47,837 bases of DNA from Dehalococcoidia bacterium (GTDB taxonomy: Bacteria > Chloroflexota > Dehalococcoidia > SZUA-161). The position numbers were made by a program, and so were the translations under genes. The notes under the pieces are model-generated. The model ran no database searches and had not been told where the DNA came from. It worked only from the letters and a program-made list of their open reading frames with translations. Of this stretch, positions 18,350 through 28,332 are shown one piece after another (positions within the stretch are counted from its first letter, which is position 1; every line of letters begins with the position of its first letter). The stretch lies in the NCBI GenBank assembly GCA_004376205.1, contig SOKG01000164.1, positions 1-47,837 of the forward strand. Reading direction: 5' to 3'.

Positions 18350-21300
18350 CTAGGTCAACCAGTCGCTGGTGAAGTTCGGTACAATACTCAGTAGCCAAAT
18401 CGGGCAATTCGAGTTTGGTAACCCCCTCGCTGCTGGCAATAGACAAATATACCGCATCTTCCCCGGGGAACTGCCTGAGTACGTCGAAGAGTTGCCTCAG
18501 CCGGGCGATATCGGCGTTGGTATCATCAGAGGTGGGGAGGTTGATTTTCAGCCGGTGGCGGGATGGTGCTACAGCCAACTGCGCTGTCTGCTCGACAGAC
18601 TCCTCGCTCTTACGTGGCTGGTACAGGGATACACTCTGGCAGGTCAGCTGTATGCGGTCGCTCCTGGTTTTGACTTTGCCCCTGACCAGAAGGGTATTTC
18701 CTTCTTGCCAAAGGTCTCTGGTACGTTCGTAGACCTCAGCCCAGGCTGTGACCTCTAGGCTGCCGCTGGAGTCCTCCAGAACGGCGCTGACGAAGGGTCG
18801 TTTGTCTTTTGTGAACGACTGCCGCACCGAGGTGACTAATCCTGCTGTAATAATTGTCTGCCCCACCCTTTCCTCGCCAATCTGCCCGCAGAAGGCGTCG
18901 ACCTCAGAAGCCAGCTGCTGAGAGGCTTGGGTGAAGGGATGTTCGGAAAGGTATACCCCCAGCAGCTCTTTCTCCCAAGCTAACCTCTCCTTGGCGGGGA
19001 TTTCCGCATCGGGCAGGTCGAGGCCGGGCAGTGGCACCTCTACACTCTGGCCCCATAGATCGAACATGGTGGATTGGCCTACTTCCTTGAGGCGCTGTTC
19101 CGTCTGCGCTAGCGACAGGATACGGTCGATGCCGCCCAAAAGGGCACCGCGACTCCCTAAAGAGTCCAACGCTCCTGCTTTGATCATGCTTTCCAGCGCC
19201 CGCTTGTTGAGGTTCCTAAGGTCAGCTTGGCGGCAGAAGTCGTCGATTGAATCAAATGGGCCACGCTGGTCTCGGGCGGAGGTGATTGGCCTGATTGCGG
19301 AGGCCCCCACGTTCTTGATTGCCGCCAGCCCGAAGCGAATGGCCGCAGCGCCTGCTTCAAGTTGTTCGATGCTAAAGTTCTCTCCACTCCGGTTGATATC
19401 AGGAGGCAGCACACTGATGCCTAGCCGATGACATTCTCCAATGGCTGAGGCCACCTTTTCTGCCTGCCCCACGTTTATGGTGAGGAGGGCGGACATGAAT
19501 TCCACGGGATAATTCGCCTTGAGATAAGCGGTCTGATAAGCGATCAGCGCATAGCTCACGCTGTGTGCCTTGTTGAATGCATAACCTGCGAAGGGCTCGA
19601 TGAGGCTCCACACCTGATCTGCCAACTCCTTGGAGAACTCTTTTTTCTTCGCTCCGGAGAGAAAGCGTTGCCTCTCCTTTTTCATCACTTCAGGGATCTT
19701 CTTTCCCATCGCCTTGCGCACTATGTCAGCCTCGCCCAAGCTATAGCCGGCGAAGGCTTGAACGATGAAAAGAACCTGATCCTGGTAGACTATGACGCCA
19801 TAGGTTTCCTTGAGGATTTCGGTGAGGGTGGGATGGGGGAAACGAATGGGCTCCAGCCCATGTTTTGCCTTGATGAAGGTAGGGATATGCTCCTTCGGCC
19901 CCGGCCGATATAGAGCTACCATGGCAGCGATATCGCTGAAGCAGTTGGGCTTGAGTTCTTTGACGAAGCGGCGCATAGCAGCGCCCTCAAGTTGGAAAAC
20001 CCCCGTTGTCTCTCCAGAGGAGAGAAGGTCGAAGGTCCTGACGTCATCGAGAGGTATGTTGTGCAGGTCGATGTCGATACCGTGATTCTCGGCGATGGTC
20101 TGTTTCGCCTTTTCCAGGATGGTGAGGTTTGCCAGTCCCAGGAAGTCCATCTTCAAGAGCCCGATCTGGGCGATGTCATCCATGGCGAACTGGGTCATGT
20201 TAATGCCATGCTCTTCGGCCCTGCTCGGCCTCTGCAGGGGGACATGGTGGATGAGTGGCTCCCTGGAGATGACCACTCCAGCGGCATGAGTGGAGGCGTG
20301 ACGGGCTATCCCCTCCAGTTTGGTTGCGGTGTCGACGAGATGCCTTATAGTAGCGTTATCCCGGTATCTGTTGCGCAGTTCGAGATTTGTTTCCAGGGCC
20401 TCCTGAATGGTAGCCCAAGGTGCAGGGATTTGCCTTGCCACCTGGTCGACATCTCCGTAGGGTAACCCCAGGGCTCTACCCACATCCCTGAGCACTGCAC
20501 GAGCTCCCATGGTGCCAAAGGTAATGATCTGGGCTACGTGGTCAGGCCCATATTTCTGGGCTACATAGGCTATAACCTCATCGCGGCGGTCATCTTGAAA
20601 GTCGAGATCGATGTCTGGCATTTCCTTGCGCTCTACATTCAGGAAGCGCTCGAACACCAGCTCGTGTGCCAGGGGGTCGATGTCGGTTATCCCCAGGCAG
20701 TAGAGGACAATGCTGGCTGCGGCGCTGCCGCGAACACCGAAGAGGATGTTTTGTTCCCGAGTGAAGGATATGACATCCCAGATGACCAAGAAATAGTTGG
20801 CGAATTCGGTCTGCCTGATGACGTCCAGTTCGTAGTCAAGCCGCTGTGCAGCCTGTGGTGGAGACTCAGGGTAGCGGGCTGCCAGGCCTTGATTGGACAA
20901 TTCCGCAAGCTGTTGGTAGGCAGTTTTGCCTGGTGGTAGGTCGATCTCGGGGAGATGGAGTCGACCGAACTCCAGGTCCAGGTGGCATTGCTCAGCAATG
21001 CGCTCGGTGTTGGTCAGGGCCTCAGGTAGCTCGGCGAAAAGCTCTGCCATCTCCTGGGGGCTCCTAAGGTAAAAGGAATCGTCGGCCATCTTGAGGCGTT
21101 TTTCGTTGTAAATAGTAGTATTGGTCTGAATGCAGAGCAGGATGTCGTGGGCGTAGGCATCATCCTTATTTACATAATGAACGTCGTTAGCGGCCACAAG
21201 GGGGAGGTTCAGCTTGCGACCCAACCCAACCAGTTCCTTGTTGATCTGGGCAAGCTGAGGGACGGCGTGCTCCTGGAGTTCGAGGTAAAAATCGCCGAAA

Positions 21301-21785
21301 ACGTCCTTATACCATTTAGCAGCTTTCTCAGCGTCCTCAAGACGGTCCTCTACGATTAGGCGTCCCAGTTCCCCATTTGGACAGGATGAGAGCGCGATCA
21401 AGCCCTCACTATGTTGTGAAAGCAGTTCTTTGTCCACTCTCGGCTTGTAATAGAAGCCCTCAAGCTGGGCAGCGGTAGCGAGCTTAAGCAAATTGTGATA
21501 CCCTGCCTCGTCTTTGGCCAGTAGAACTAGATGGTATGGGTTCTTGTCGGCTGCAAGCCTGCCTTGTCTCTTCTCGGGTGCGACGTAGACCTCGCAGCCT
21601 AGGATTGGCTTTATGCCTGCTTCGTTCGCTTCGCGATAGAATGAGATTGCGCCATAGAGCACTCCGTGATCGGTGATTGCCAGGCTGTCCATACCTAGCT
21701 CCCTAGCCCTGCCGATGAGATGGGGGGTAGGGCACATTCCGTCAAGGAGACTGTATTCCGTGTGGACGTGAAGGTGGGTGAACAT
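18309..21785 (-). CDS. dnaE: DNA polymerase III alpha subunit
   Basis: 1158 aa with N-terminal PHP (FTHLHVHTEYSLLDG), polymerase core and OB fold. Confidence 0.97.
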   Translation of the reverse strand: MFTHLHVHTEYSLLDGMCPTPHLIGRARELGMDSLAITDHGVLYGAISFYREANEAGIKPILGCEVYVAPEKRQGRLAADKNPYHLVLLAKDEAGYHNLLKLATAAQLEGFYYKPRVDKELLSQHSEGLIALSSCPNGELGRLIVEDRLEDAEKAAKWYKDVFGDFYLELQEHAVPQLAQINKELVGLGRKLNLPLVAANDVHYVNKDDAYAHDILLCIQTNTTIYNEKRLKMADDSFYLRSPQEMAELFAELPEALTNTERIAEQCHLDLEFGRLHLPEIDLPPGKTAYQQLAELSNQGLAARYPESPPQAAQRLDYELDVIRQTEFANYFLVIWDVISFTREQNILFGVRGSAAASIVLYCLGITDIDPLAHELVFERFLNVERKEMPDIDLDFQDDRRDEVIAYVAQKYGPDHVAQIITFGTMGARAVLRDVGRALGLPYGDVDQVARQIPAPWATIQEALETNLELRNRYRDNATIRHLVDTATKLEGIARHASTHAAGVVISREPLIHHVPLQRPSRAEEHGINMTQFAMDDIAQIGLLKMDFLGLANLTILEKAKQTIAENHGIDIDLHNIPLDDVRTFDLLSSGETTGVFQLEGAAMRRFVKELKPNCFSDIAAMVALYRPGPKEHIPTFIKAKHGLEPIRFPHPTLTEILKETYGVIVYQDQVLFIVQAFAGYSLGEADIVRKAMGKKIPEVMKKERQRFLSGAKKKEFSKELADQVWSLIEPFAGYAFNKAHSVSYALIAYQTAYLKANYPVEFMSALLTINVGQAEKVASAIGECHRLGISVLPPDINRSGENFSIEQLEAGAAAIRFGLAAIKNVGASAIRPITSARDQRGPFDSIDDFCRQADLRNLNKRALESMIKAGALDSLGSRGALLGGIDRILSLAQTEQRLKEVGQSTMFDLWGQSVEVPLPGLDLPDAEIPAKERLAWEKELLGVYLSEHPFTQASQQLASEVDAFCGQIGEERVGQTIITAGLVTSVRQSFTKDKRPFVSAVLEDSSGSLEVTAWAEVYERTRDLWQEGNTLLVRGKVKTRSDRIQLTCQSVSLYQPRKSEESVEQTAQLAVAPSRHRLKINLPTSDDTNADIARLRQLFDVLRQFPGEDAVYLSIASSEGVTKLELPDLATEYCTELHQRLVDLVNEQDLIVEETVS

Positions 21786-21796
21786 GATCCTGTGTT

Positions 21797-21805
21797 ATTA
21801 TAGCA
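21797..21805 (-). promoter_or_regulatory. Extended -10 (TGcTATAAT) upstream of dnaE
   Basis: Minus strand TGCTATAAT ends 11 nt before the dnaE ATG. There is no usable SD in between. Confidence 0.4.
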
Positions 21806-21867
21806 CTGGTTTTTCTTCCCTGCGAGTGCTTGTTGTCGCTATTGCGACCGCTGGGCAATTTGTACGC

Positions 21868-21896
21868 TTGACATAGGTCGAAGCTTTTAGTATACT
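21868..21896 (+). promoter_or_regulatory. Near-consensus sigma-70 promoter of the str operon
   Basis: TTGACA (21868-21873), 17-nt spacer, TATACT (21891-21896). Confidence 0.65.
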
Positions 21897-21917
21897 TACC
21901 GAAGTTTGGTGAGAACG

Positions 21918-21937
21918 CCCCGCAGCTTGCTGCGGGG
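21918..21937 (+). repeat. Hairpin copy 1: CCCCGCAG-CTTG-CTGCGGGG
   Basis: Perfect 8-bp stem with a CUUG tetraloop. Confidence 0.8.
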
Positions 21938-22026
21938 GTGAGTCGCGGGTGGGGTGGCTAGCAGCCTCTTTAGGAGCTGCAAAGCGAATTTGAGCGACGA
22001 AGGTGCGAGAATTCGCGCCATGGATA

Positions 22027-22046
22027 CCCCACAGCTTGCTGTGGGG
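22027..22046 (+). repeat. Hairpin copy 2: CCCCACAG-CTTG-CTGTGGGG
   Basis: Same hairpin 109 nt downstream. It differs only by a compensatory G:C to A:T pair. Confidence 0.8.
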
Positions 22047-22088
22047 AATTCGTAGTTTGGCGCCTGGGAGATTCCAAAAGGAGGAACC

Positions 22089-22511
22089 TTGCCCACAATT
22101 AACCAGCTAGTCAGAAAAGGGCGTAAAAGAGTGAAAAGGAAGGGCAAAGCACCTGCGCTTTGCTTTACCTATAACACTCTTAAGGGGACGAGTGTGCAGG
22201 GCAAGGGCTCCCCTCAGAAACGTGGAGTCTGCCTTCAGGTGAAGACAGTGACGCCGAAGAAACCGAACTCTGCACTGCGCAAGATCGCGCGGGTACGGTT
22301 GACAAATGGCATGGAAGTGACGGCCTATATTCCTGGGGAGGGGCATGGCCTACAGGAGCACTCTGTGGTGCTCATTCGAGGGGGGAGGGTTAAAGACCTC
22401 CCAGGTGTGCGATATCACATCATCCGTGGTGCCCTGGATTCTGGTGGCGTTGAGGGGCGCCGACAGAGTCGCAGTCTATATGGCACTAAGAAGCCCAAGG
22501 CTGGGCTTTGA
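22089..22511 (+). CDS. rpsL: 30S ribosomal protein S12
   Basis: [13 protein letters not shown] and [10 protein letters not shown] motifs. TTG start 7 nt after AAGGAGGA. Confidence 0.97.
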   Translation: MPTINQLVRKGRKRVKRKGKAPALCFTYNTLKGTSVQGKGSPQKRGVCLQVKTVTPKKPNSALRKIARVRLTNGMEVTAYIPGEGHGLQEHSVVLIRGGRVKDLPGVRYHIIRGALDSGGVEGRRQSRSLYGTKKPKAGL

Positions 22512-22546
22512 GTGAGCGGACCCAGGGTTTTTGATAGATGGCGGTA

Positions 22547-22571
22547 AGAGCTTCTAGTTTATAGAAGCTCT
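22547..22571 (+). promoter_or_regulatory. Perfect 10-bp hairpin in the rpsL-rpsG spacer
   Basis: AGAGCTTCTA-GTTTA-TAGAAGCTCT, with no following T-run. Confidence 0.5.
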
Positions 22572-22602
22572 TTGATTGAAAGGATGGTTTGCGGAGGGGA
22601 AG

Positions 22603-23073
22603 ATGCCACGACGAGCTCGAGCGATCAAGAGGACGACAATACCTGACGCTAAGTATCACAGCAGGGATCTTGCCCGGTTCATCAACAAGGTTATGACGCG
22701 CGGCAAGAAGAGCACGGCGGAGCATCTTGTTTACGACGCTCTGGATGTAGTCGAGAGGGAACTGAAGAAGAATCCTTTGGATGTCTTCGAGCAGGCAATG
22801 AAGAACGTGACCCCGGTTGTCGAGGTCAAGCCACGCAGGGTCGGTGGCGCAACCTATCAAGTGCCGGTCGACATCGGATCGGATCGCCGTGTTGCCTTAG
22901 CGATGCGCTGGTTGCTGGCTTCAGCAAGGGCGCGCAAGGGCAAACCAATGTCAGAGAGGCTGGCTGCAGAGCTAATAGATGCTTTTCGGGGACAGGGGAT
23001 CACGATAAAGAAGCGGGAAGATACCCACCGTATGGCTGAGGCAAACAAGGCTTTTGTCCACTACAGATGGTAA
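22603..23073 (+). CDS. rpsG: 30S ribosomal protein S7
   Basis: MPRRARAIKRTTIPDAKYHS is S7-like. GGAGGGGAAG precedes the ATG at 22603. Confidence 0.96.
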   Translation: MPRRARAIKRTTIPDAKYHSRDLARFINKVMTRGKKSTAEHLVYDALDVVERELKKNPLDVFEQAMKNVTPVVEVKPRRVGGATYQVPVDIGSDRRVALAMRWLLASARARKGKPMSERLAAELIDAFRGQGITIKKREDTHRMAEANKAFVHYRW

Positions 23074-23130
23074 CGAGGTTTGGGTATTTTGGTTGATCGT
23101 AAAGTCTGCTTGGCCGAAAGGGAACAGATT

Positions 23131-25206
23131 ATGGTGCGGGCATTACTGCTGGAGCGGGTGAGGAATATCGGGATCATCGCTCACATCGATGCTGGAAAGA
23201 CAACTGTCACTGAGCTAATCCTGTATCACACTGGTCGAATCTATAAGGTGGGGCAGGTGGATGAGGGGACAGCGGTGATGGATTGGATGGAACAGGAGCG
23301 TGAGCGTGGGATCACTATTACCGCGGCTGCCACTAGCTGTGAATGGGCTGGCCATCAGATCAATATTATCGATACTCCGGGGCATGTGGACTTCACTGCT
23401 GAAGTGGAACGCAGCCTGAGGGTTATCGATGGCGGGGTGGTGGTGTTCGACGCCCTGGCTGGTGTTGAGCCACAGTCGGAGACAGTCTGGCGCCAGGCAG
23501 ATAGCTATCGTGTTCCCAGGATATGCTTCGTCAACAAGATGGACCGCGTTGGCGCCGACTATTTTGCAACAGTGCAGATGATCAAAGATCGTCTCAGGGC
23601 CAACCCTGTGCCACTACAGATGCCTCTGGGCGCAGAGGCATCCTTTAAGGGCGTTATTGACCTCGTTGAAGAGAAAGCCTGGGTTTTCCCCGAGGGTCCT
23701 GACGCAGAGCCGGAGGAGGTGCCTATACCCGAGGAATACAAAGACGCCGCTGCTCACTACCGGGAGAAATTGATCGAGCAGGTTGCTGAGAACGATGAGG
23801 CTCTTATGGGTGCATATGTCGAGGGTGAGGCTATCGCTGCCCCGGAGATTAAGGCAGCACTGAGGAGGGCAACTCTGTCGACGAGGGTTGTCCCCGTGCT
23901 CTGTGGCAGCGCCGTGAAGAGCAAGGGGATACAGCCTATGCTGGATGCTGTAGTTGACTACTTACCTTCGCCCTTGGATGTGCCCCCGGTTCAGGGCATT
24001 GACCCCAGGACGGGCAAAGAGAGCTTTCGCGAAGCTAGTGATGAAGCCCCGTTCTCCGCCCTGGCTTTCAAGATAGTCTCCGATCCTTTCGTTGGCCGCC
24101 TGGTCTATCTACGGGTATATTCAGGTGTGGCCCGGACTAGCTCGCAGGTTTTGAATACCGCTAGGGAGCGTAAAGAGCGCCTGGGGCGGTTGCTCCAGAT
24201 GCATGCCAACCGACGAGATGAGGTGGATGAGATAAGCTGTGGCCAGATCGCTGCCGCTGTTGGTCTCAAGAGCACCTTCACCGGAGACACCATATGTGAC
24301 CCTGCCAAGCCTATCATTCTGGAAGCGATCACGTTCCCAGAGCCGGTTATCTCTGTTGCCATCGAGCCCAGGACTAAGGCCGATCAGGATAGGATTGGCG
24401 ATGCCCTGAACAAGCTGGCGGACGAGGATCCCACCTTCAAGAGCCGCTATGAACAAGATACAGGGCAGACCATACTCTCAGGCATGGGGGAGCTTCACAT
24501 TGACATTATCGTCGATAGGTTGGTACGAGAGCACAAAGTGAATGCCAAGATAGGTAAGCCGCAGGTTGCTTACAAGGAGACGATCACCATTCCTGTGCGC
24601 GCCGAAGGGAATTTTGTCAGGCAGACTGGCGGGCATGGCCAGTACGGTCACGTCTGGCTTGAGCTCGGGCCGATGGAACAAGGCGGTGGCTTTGAGTTCG
24701 TCAACAAGATACCAGGTGGGGTGATACCCAAGCAATATATTCCTGCTGTGGAGCAAGGTGTCAGAGAGGCGATGGAGAGCGGTGTACTCGCTGGGTACCC
24801 CATAATCGACGTCCGTGTCACTCTGTGCGACGGCAGGTATCAAAGGTTTGACTCTTCAGAACTAGCCTTTAAGATGGGGGGCTCGATGGCTCTAAGGGAG
24901 GCTGTGCGCAAGGCCAAGCCCATACTCCTTGAGCCGATCATGAAGCTTGAGGTGGCAACTCCTAAAGAGTTCCTTGGGGACATAATCAGTGATCTCAATG
25001 CTAGGAGAGCCAGGGTTGAGGCCGTTGAGTTACGGGTTTGGACTCACATAATTCGCTGCTTCTTGCCACTGGCTGAGAGCTTTGGGTATGCTACTGACCT
25101 TAGGTCGATAAGCCAGGGAAGGGCAACATATTCCATGGAGTTTCATCATTATCAGGAAGTTCCCAAGGAGCAGGCAGGGCAGATAAGCGCCAAGGTGAGG
25201 GGCTAG
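23131..25206 (+). CDS. fusA: Elongation factor G
   Basis: [23 protein letters not shown] and NKMDR motifs. 691 aa from ATG 23131. str-operon position. Confidence 0.96.
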   Translation: MVRALLLERVRNIGIIAHIDAGKTTVTELILYHTGRIYKVGQVDEGTAVMDWMEQERERGITITAAATSCEWAGHQINIIDTPGHVDFTAEVERSLRVIDGGVVVFDALAGVEPQSETVWRQADSYRVPRICFVNKMDRVGADYFATVQMIKDRLRANPVPLQMPLGAEASFKGVIDLVEEKAWVFPEGPDAEPEEVPIPEEYKDAAAHYREKLIEQVAENDEALMGAYVEGEAIAAPEIKAALRRATLSTRVVPVLCGSAVKSKGIQPMLDAVVDYLPSPLDVPPVQGIDPRTGKESFREASDEAPFSALAFKIVSDPFVGRLVYLRVYSGVARTSSQVLNTARERKERLGRLLQMHANRRDEVDEISCGQIAAAVGLKSTFTGDTICDPAKPIILEAITFPEPVISVAIEPRTKADQDRIGDALNKLADEDPTFKSRYEQDTGQTILSGMGELHIDIIVDRLVREHKVNAKIGKPQVAYKETITIPVRAEGNFVRQTGGHGQYGHVWLELGPMEQGGGFEFVNKIPGGVIPKQYIPAVEQGVREAMESGVLAGYPIIDVRVTLCDGRYQRFDSSELAFKMGGSMALREAVRKAKPILLEPIMKLEVATPKEFLGDIISDLNARRARVEAVELRVWTHIIRCFLPLAESFGYATDLRSISQGRATYSMEFHHYQEVPKEQAGQISAKVRG

Positions 25207-25515
25207 ATGCCGAAGCAGAAGATACGTATCAAGCTCAAAGCATACGATCACCGCATCCTGGATCAGTCCGCAGTGCAAATTGTAGAGGCGGCGGAGCGCA
25301 CAGGAGCAGCGGTGGTTGGTCCTGTGCCCCTTCCAACTCATATAAAGAAATTCTGCGTGATACGCTCTCCTCATGTGGATAAGGATTCCCGCGAGCAGTT
25401 TGAGATTAGGACTCATAAGAGGCTAATCGATATCATGGATCCTACAACGAAGACCATCGATGCGCTGACCACGTTGAACCTGCCCGCAGGGGTGGACATC
25501 GAGATAAAGCTCTAG
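25207..25515 (+). CDS. rpsJ: 30S ribosomal protein S10
   Basis: [17 protein letters not shown]. The ATG abuts the fusA TAG. Confidence 0.97.
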   Translation: MPKQKIRIKLKAYDHRILDQSAVQIVEAAERTGAAVVGPVPLPTHIKKFCVIRSPHVDKDSREQFEIRTHKRLIDIMDPTTKTIDALTTLNLPAGVDIEIKL

Positions 25516-25529
25516 TTGGGTTGTAGCGG

Positions 25530-26153
25530 ATGCTTAGTGGACTCATCGGCCGGAAAATAGGCATAACACAGGTATTTACCGAAGGCGGCACGGTGGAAGC
25601 GGTAACTGCCATCGAGGCTGGTCCCTGTACTGTGACGCAGATCAAGAGTGTTGGCAAGGAAGGCTACAACGCGATCCAGCTTGGCTTTGGCGAGGCGAAG
25701 CGGCTCAATTCCCCTGAGCAGGGGCATCTGGGAAAACTGGGTCTGTTCAAGCACCTGAGAGAGTTCAGGGTCAAAGATACTTCTGACATTGAATTGGGAC
25801 ATCGGATTGATGTCAGCCTGTTCCAGCCTGGGGACTTGGTGGATGTCGTCGGGGTGTCCAAGGGGAAGGGCTTTGCTGGCACGGTCAAGCGCCATCACTT
25901 CGCTGGCGGGCCCAAGACCCACGGGCAGTCTGATCGCCACCGTGCTCCTGGTTCTATCGGGGCTGGCACCGACCCAGGACGGGTGCTCAAGGGGCAGAGG
26001 ATGGCAGGACATATGGGAAATCGGAGGGTCACGGTGAAGCATATCAAGGTAGTTAAGGCTGACCCAGATCGTAACCTGCTCTTGGTCAAAGGGGCAGTGC
26101 CTGGGGCCAGGAACGGGTTGCTGGAGATAAGAAAATCCGGGGTTCGCGACTAA
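25530..26153 (+). CDS. rplC: 50S ribosomal protein L3
   Basis: [13 protein letters not shown] and [12 protein letters not shown] motifs. Confidence 0.97.
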   Translation: MLSGLIGRKIGITQVFTEGGTVEAVTAIEAGPCTVTQIKSVGKEGYNAIQLGFGEAKRLNSPEQGHLGKLGLFKHLREFRVKDTSDIELGHRIDVSLFQPGDLVDVVGVSKGKGFAGTVKRHHFAGGPKTHGQSDRHRAPGSIGAGTDPGRVLKGQRMAGHMGNRRVTVKHIKVVKADPDRNLLLVKGAVPGARNGLLEIRKSGVRD

Positions 26154-26168
26154 GAGCTGGGAGGCGCT

Positions 26169-26822
26169 TTGCAGGTTTCGGTATATAATATTGAAGGCCA
26201 GGCAATTGACAAGATCGAACTCGATGAGACTGTCTTCGGTGTGCCACCAAATGAGGCAGTGGTTCACCAGGCCCTGGTGAGGCAGCGGGCAAACTCTCGC
26301 GTGGGAACCGCGAGTACCAAGAGCCGTGGTGAGGTCTCGGGAAGCACCCGCAAGCTGTTTCGCCAGAAGCACACGGGATTTGCACGGGCTGGCAGCAGGA
26401 GACCGCCGACACGCCGTGGCGGTGGGGTAGCTTTCGGCCCTCGCCCCCGAAGCTACAGACAGGCGATGCCCAAGAAGATGAGACGCTTAGCCTTGAGGTG
26501 CGTCCTCTCAGCCAAGGTAGCTGACGGTGAGCTTCTGGTGATTGACTCGTTTGGGCTGGAGCAGCCCGGGACTAAGCGAGTAGTGCATGTTTTGAAGACC
26601 TTGGGAATTGAACCTTCAGTTTTGCTGGTCACCGCCGAGCCAGATATGAATGTAGTCAAGTCTGCTCGCAATATCGACAGGGCAAAAACGCTGCCCGCTG
26701 CTATGTTAAACGTCGTCGACCTGCTGTCACACAGAATGCTGCTCATGACTGTTGATGCCGTACGCTGTGTCGAGGCAATATGGGGCAGGAAGCAGGTAGT
26801 TGCCGAGGCTCAGGCCTCTTAG
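26169..26822 (+). CDS. rplD: 50S ribosomal protein L4
   Basis: [36 protein letters not shown] start. S10-operon order. Confidence 0.95.
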   Translation: MQVSVYNIEGQAIDKIELDETVFGVPPNEAVVHQALVRQRANSRVGTASTKSRGEVSGSTRKLFRQKHTGFARAGSRRPPTRRGGGVAFGPRPRSYRQAMPKKMRRLALRCVLSAKVADGELLVIDSFGLEQPGTKRVVHVLKTLGIEPSVLLVTAEPDMNVVKSARNIDRAKTLPAAMLNVVDLLSHRMLLMTVDAVRCVEAIWGRKQVVAEAQAS

Positions 26823-26831
26823 AGGAAAAGG

Positions 26832-27116
26832 ATGCACAGCTACGAGGTACTGCGCCGACCGCTTATTACTGAGAAGAATACGATGCTTGTTGAGCAGAAC
26901 AAGTATGCCTTTGAGGTAGCCCGAAATGCCAACAAGCCTCAGATCAAGGATGCGGTGGAGAAGGCGTTCAAGGTGAAGGTTGCTTCAGTGAACGTGATGT
27001 GCGTGCCGGGTAAGATGCGCCGCGCTGGCAGGCAGCGGGGGATGACCTCGCCCTGGAAGAAGGCAGTGGTTACCTTGGAGCCGGGACATAAAATCGAGCT
27101 TTTTGAAGGTATATAG
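26832..27116 (+). CDS. rplW: 50S ribosomal protein L23
   Basis: LRRPLITEKNT and KPQIKDAVEKAFKVKV. Confidence 0.95.
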   Translation: MHSYEVLRRPLITEKNTMLVEQNKYAFEVARNANKPQIKDAVEKAFKVKVASVNVMCVPGKMRRAGRQRGMTSPWKKAVVTLEPGHKIELFEGI

Positions 27117-27155
27117 ACATGAATATGGATGGAGTCCTTGTAGAGGAGGCCAACT

Positions 27156-27980
27156 TTGGCACTTAAGGCATATCGCCCCACGTCCCCGGGACAGAGGGGT
27201 ATGGTCGGTGCCGATTTCTCCGAGATCACCAAGAAAAAGCCGGAGAAGTCACTGCTCTTGCCCTTGAAGAAGAAGGCAGGGAGGAGCAATCAGGGGAGAA
27301 TAACGGTGCGCCACCGTGGCGGCGGGGCCAAACGGCGGCTTAGGATTATTGACTTTAAGCGGGACAAGTTTGGAGTTCCAGGCAAAGTAGCCTCCATCGA
27401 GTACGACCCCAATCGCTCGGCCAATATCGCTCTGATCAATTACGTCGATGGCGAGAAGCGCTATATCCTGGCCCCTGCCGGACTCAGGGTGGGTAATACC
27501 ATATGCTCGGGTGAGGGTGCGGAAATAAAGCCTGGTAACGCTCTGCCGTTAAGGTTGATTCCTCTAGGCACTGCGGTCCACAATATCGAGCTTAACCGTG
27601 GCAAGGGAGGGCAGATGGTGCGTAGTGCTGGGGCCTCCGCTCAGGTTATGGCCAAAGAGGCTGGCTATACCTTAGTGAGATTGCCCTCGGGGGAACTTCG
27701 TCGAGTCAATGGGGAGTGTCTGGGTACTGTGGGGCAGGTGGGAAACATTGACCATAGCAATATCGTTCTGGGCAAGGCGGGCCGCAGAAGGCTCAGGGGG
27801 TGGCGGCCTACAGTGCGCGGTTCAGCGATGACGCCTCGAGATCATCCCCATGGTGGTGGCGAGGGACGGTCGCCTATTGGACACCCCGGACCGAAAACCC
27901 CCTGGGGCAAGCCAGCAATGGGCTATAGGACGAGGCGCAATAAGCGCAGCGAGAGGCTGATTTTGCGGAGAAGGAAATAG
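27156..27980 (+). CDS. rplB: 50S ribosomal protein L2
   Basis: [18 protein letters not shown] and HPHGGGEGR motifs. TTG start. Confidence 0.97.
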   Translation: MALKAYRPTSPGQRGMVGADFSEITKKKPEKSLLLPLKKKAGRSNQGRITVRHRGGGAKRRLRIIDFKRDKFGVPGKVASIEYDPNRSANIALINYVDGEKRYILAPAGLRVGNTICSGEGAEIKPGNALPLRLIPLGTAVHNIELNRGKGGQMVRSAGASAQVMAKEAGYTLVRLPSGELRRVNGECLGTVGQVGNIDHSNIVLGKAGRRRLRGWRPTVRGSAMTPRDHPHGGGEGRSPIGHPGPKTPWGKPAMGYRTRRNKRSERLILRRRK

Positions 27981-28001
27981 CGCCTTAGGAGGTCTAAAGG
28001 A

Positions 28002-28307
28002 GTGTCGAGGTCGATCAAGAAAGGCCCTTTCATTGACGCCAACTTGCTCAAGAAAGTGGAGATGCTCAATCGAACTGAACTGAAGGCGGTGATCAAGACT
28101 TGGTCACGTGCATCCACCATCATCCCGCAGATGGTGGGGTTCACAATCGGGGTGCATGACGGCAGGAGGCACGTTCCTATCTTTATCACCGAGAACATGG
28201 TGGGCCATAAGCTGGGAGAGTTTGCCCCAACCAGGACCTACAGAGGACATTCTGCCTCGTCCGAGAGGATAACCCGGCTAAGGAAGTCCCCGACAGGGAA
28301 AAGGTAG
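28002..28307 (+). CDS. rpsS: 30S ribosomal protein S19
   Basis: [11 protein letters not shown] and [19 protein letters not shown] start. Confidence 0.96.
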   Translation: MSRSIKKGPFIDANLLKKVEMLNRTELKAVIKTWSRASTIIPQMVGFTIGVHDGRRHVPIFITENMVGHKLGEFAPTRTYRGHSASSERITRLRKSPTGKR

Positions 28308-28332
28308 GTCTTGCTAGGCGAGGATTGAAGAA

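Larger units (their letters stand above)
21897..22088 (+). promoter_or_regulatory. Structured 5' leader of rpsL (about 185 nt)
   Basis: Lies between the promoter and the rpsL TTG start. Contains two near-identical GC hairpins and a third imperfect hairpin (21961-21980). AAGGAGGA SD at the 3' end. Confidence 0.55.

Noticed and set aside
21961-21980. The CCTCTTTAGGA segment resembling the boxA antitermination element (GCTCTTTAACA).
   Set aside because: Only about 8 of 11 positions match. The segment is buried in its own imperfect hairpin, whereas boxA is normally single-stranded. This is too weak to call without comparative data.
21786-22088. The divergence point between the minus-strand and plus-strand gene blocks as a possible replication origin.
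   Set aside because: I found no TTATCCACA-type DnaA boxes and no AT-rich unwinding element. The roughly 300 bp are fully accounted for by the dnaE -10, the str promoter and the rpsL leader.
21896-22147. 83-aa minus-strand ORF spanning the str leader and the rpsL start.
   Set aside because: It overlaps the rpsL SD and start and the structured leader. It has no SD and low-complexity sequence. The palindromic hairpins explain why the frame stays open.
25512-26372. 286-aa ORF antisense to rplC/rplD. Similar long antisense ORFs lie at 28186-28944, 30107-30820, 40933-41481, 1886-2632 and 80-685.
   Set aside because: They lie fully opposite strongly recognisable ribosomal or thiolase genes. They have no SD and no recognisable motifs, and their composition is Pro/Ser/Arg/Leu-rich. 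These are typical shadow ORFs of moderately GC-rich coding DNA.
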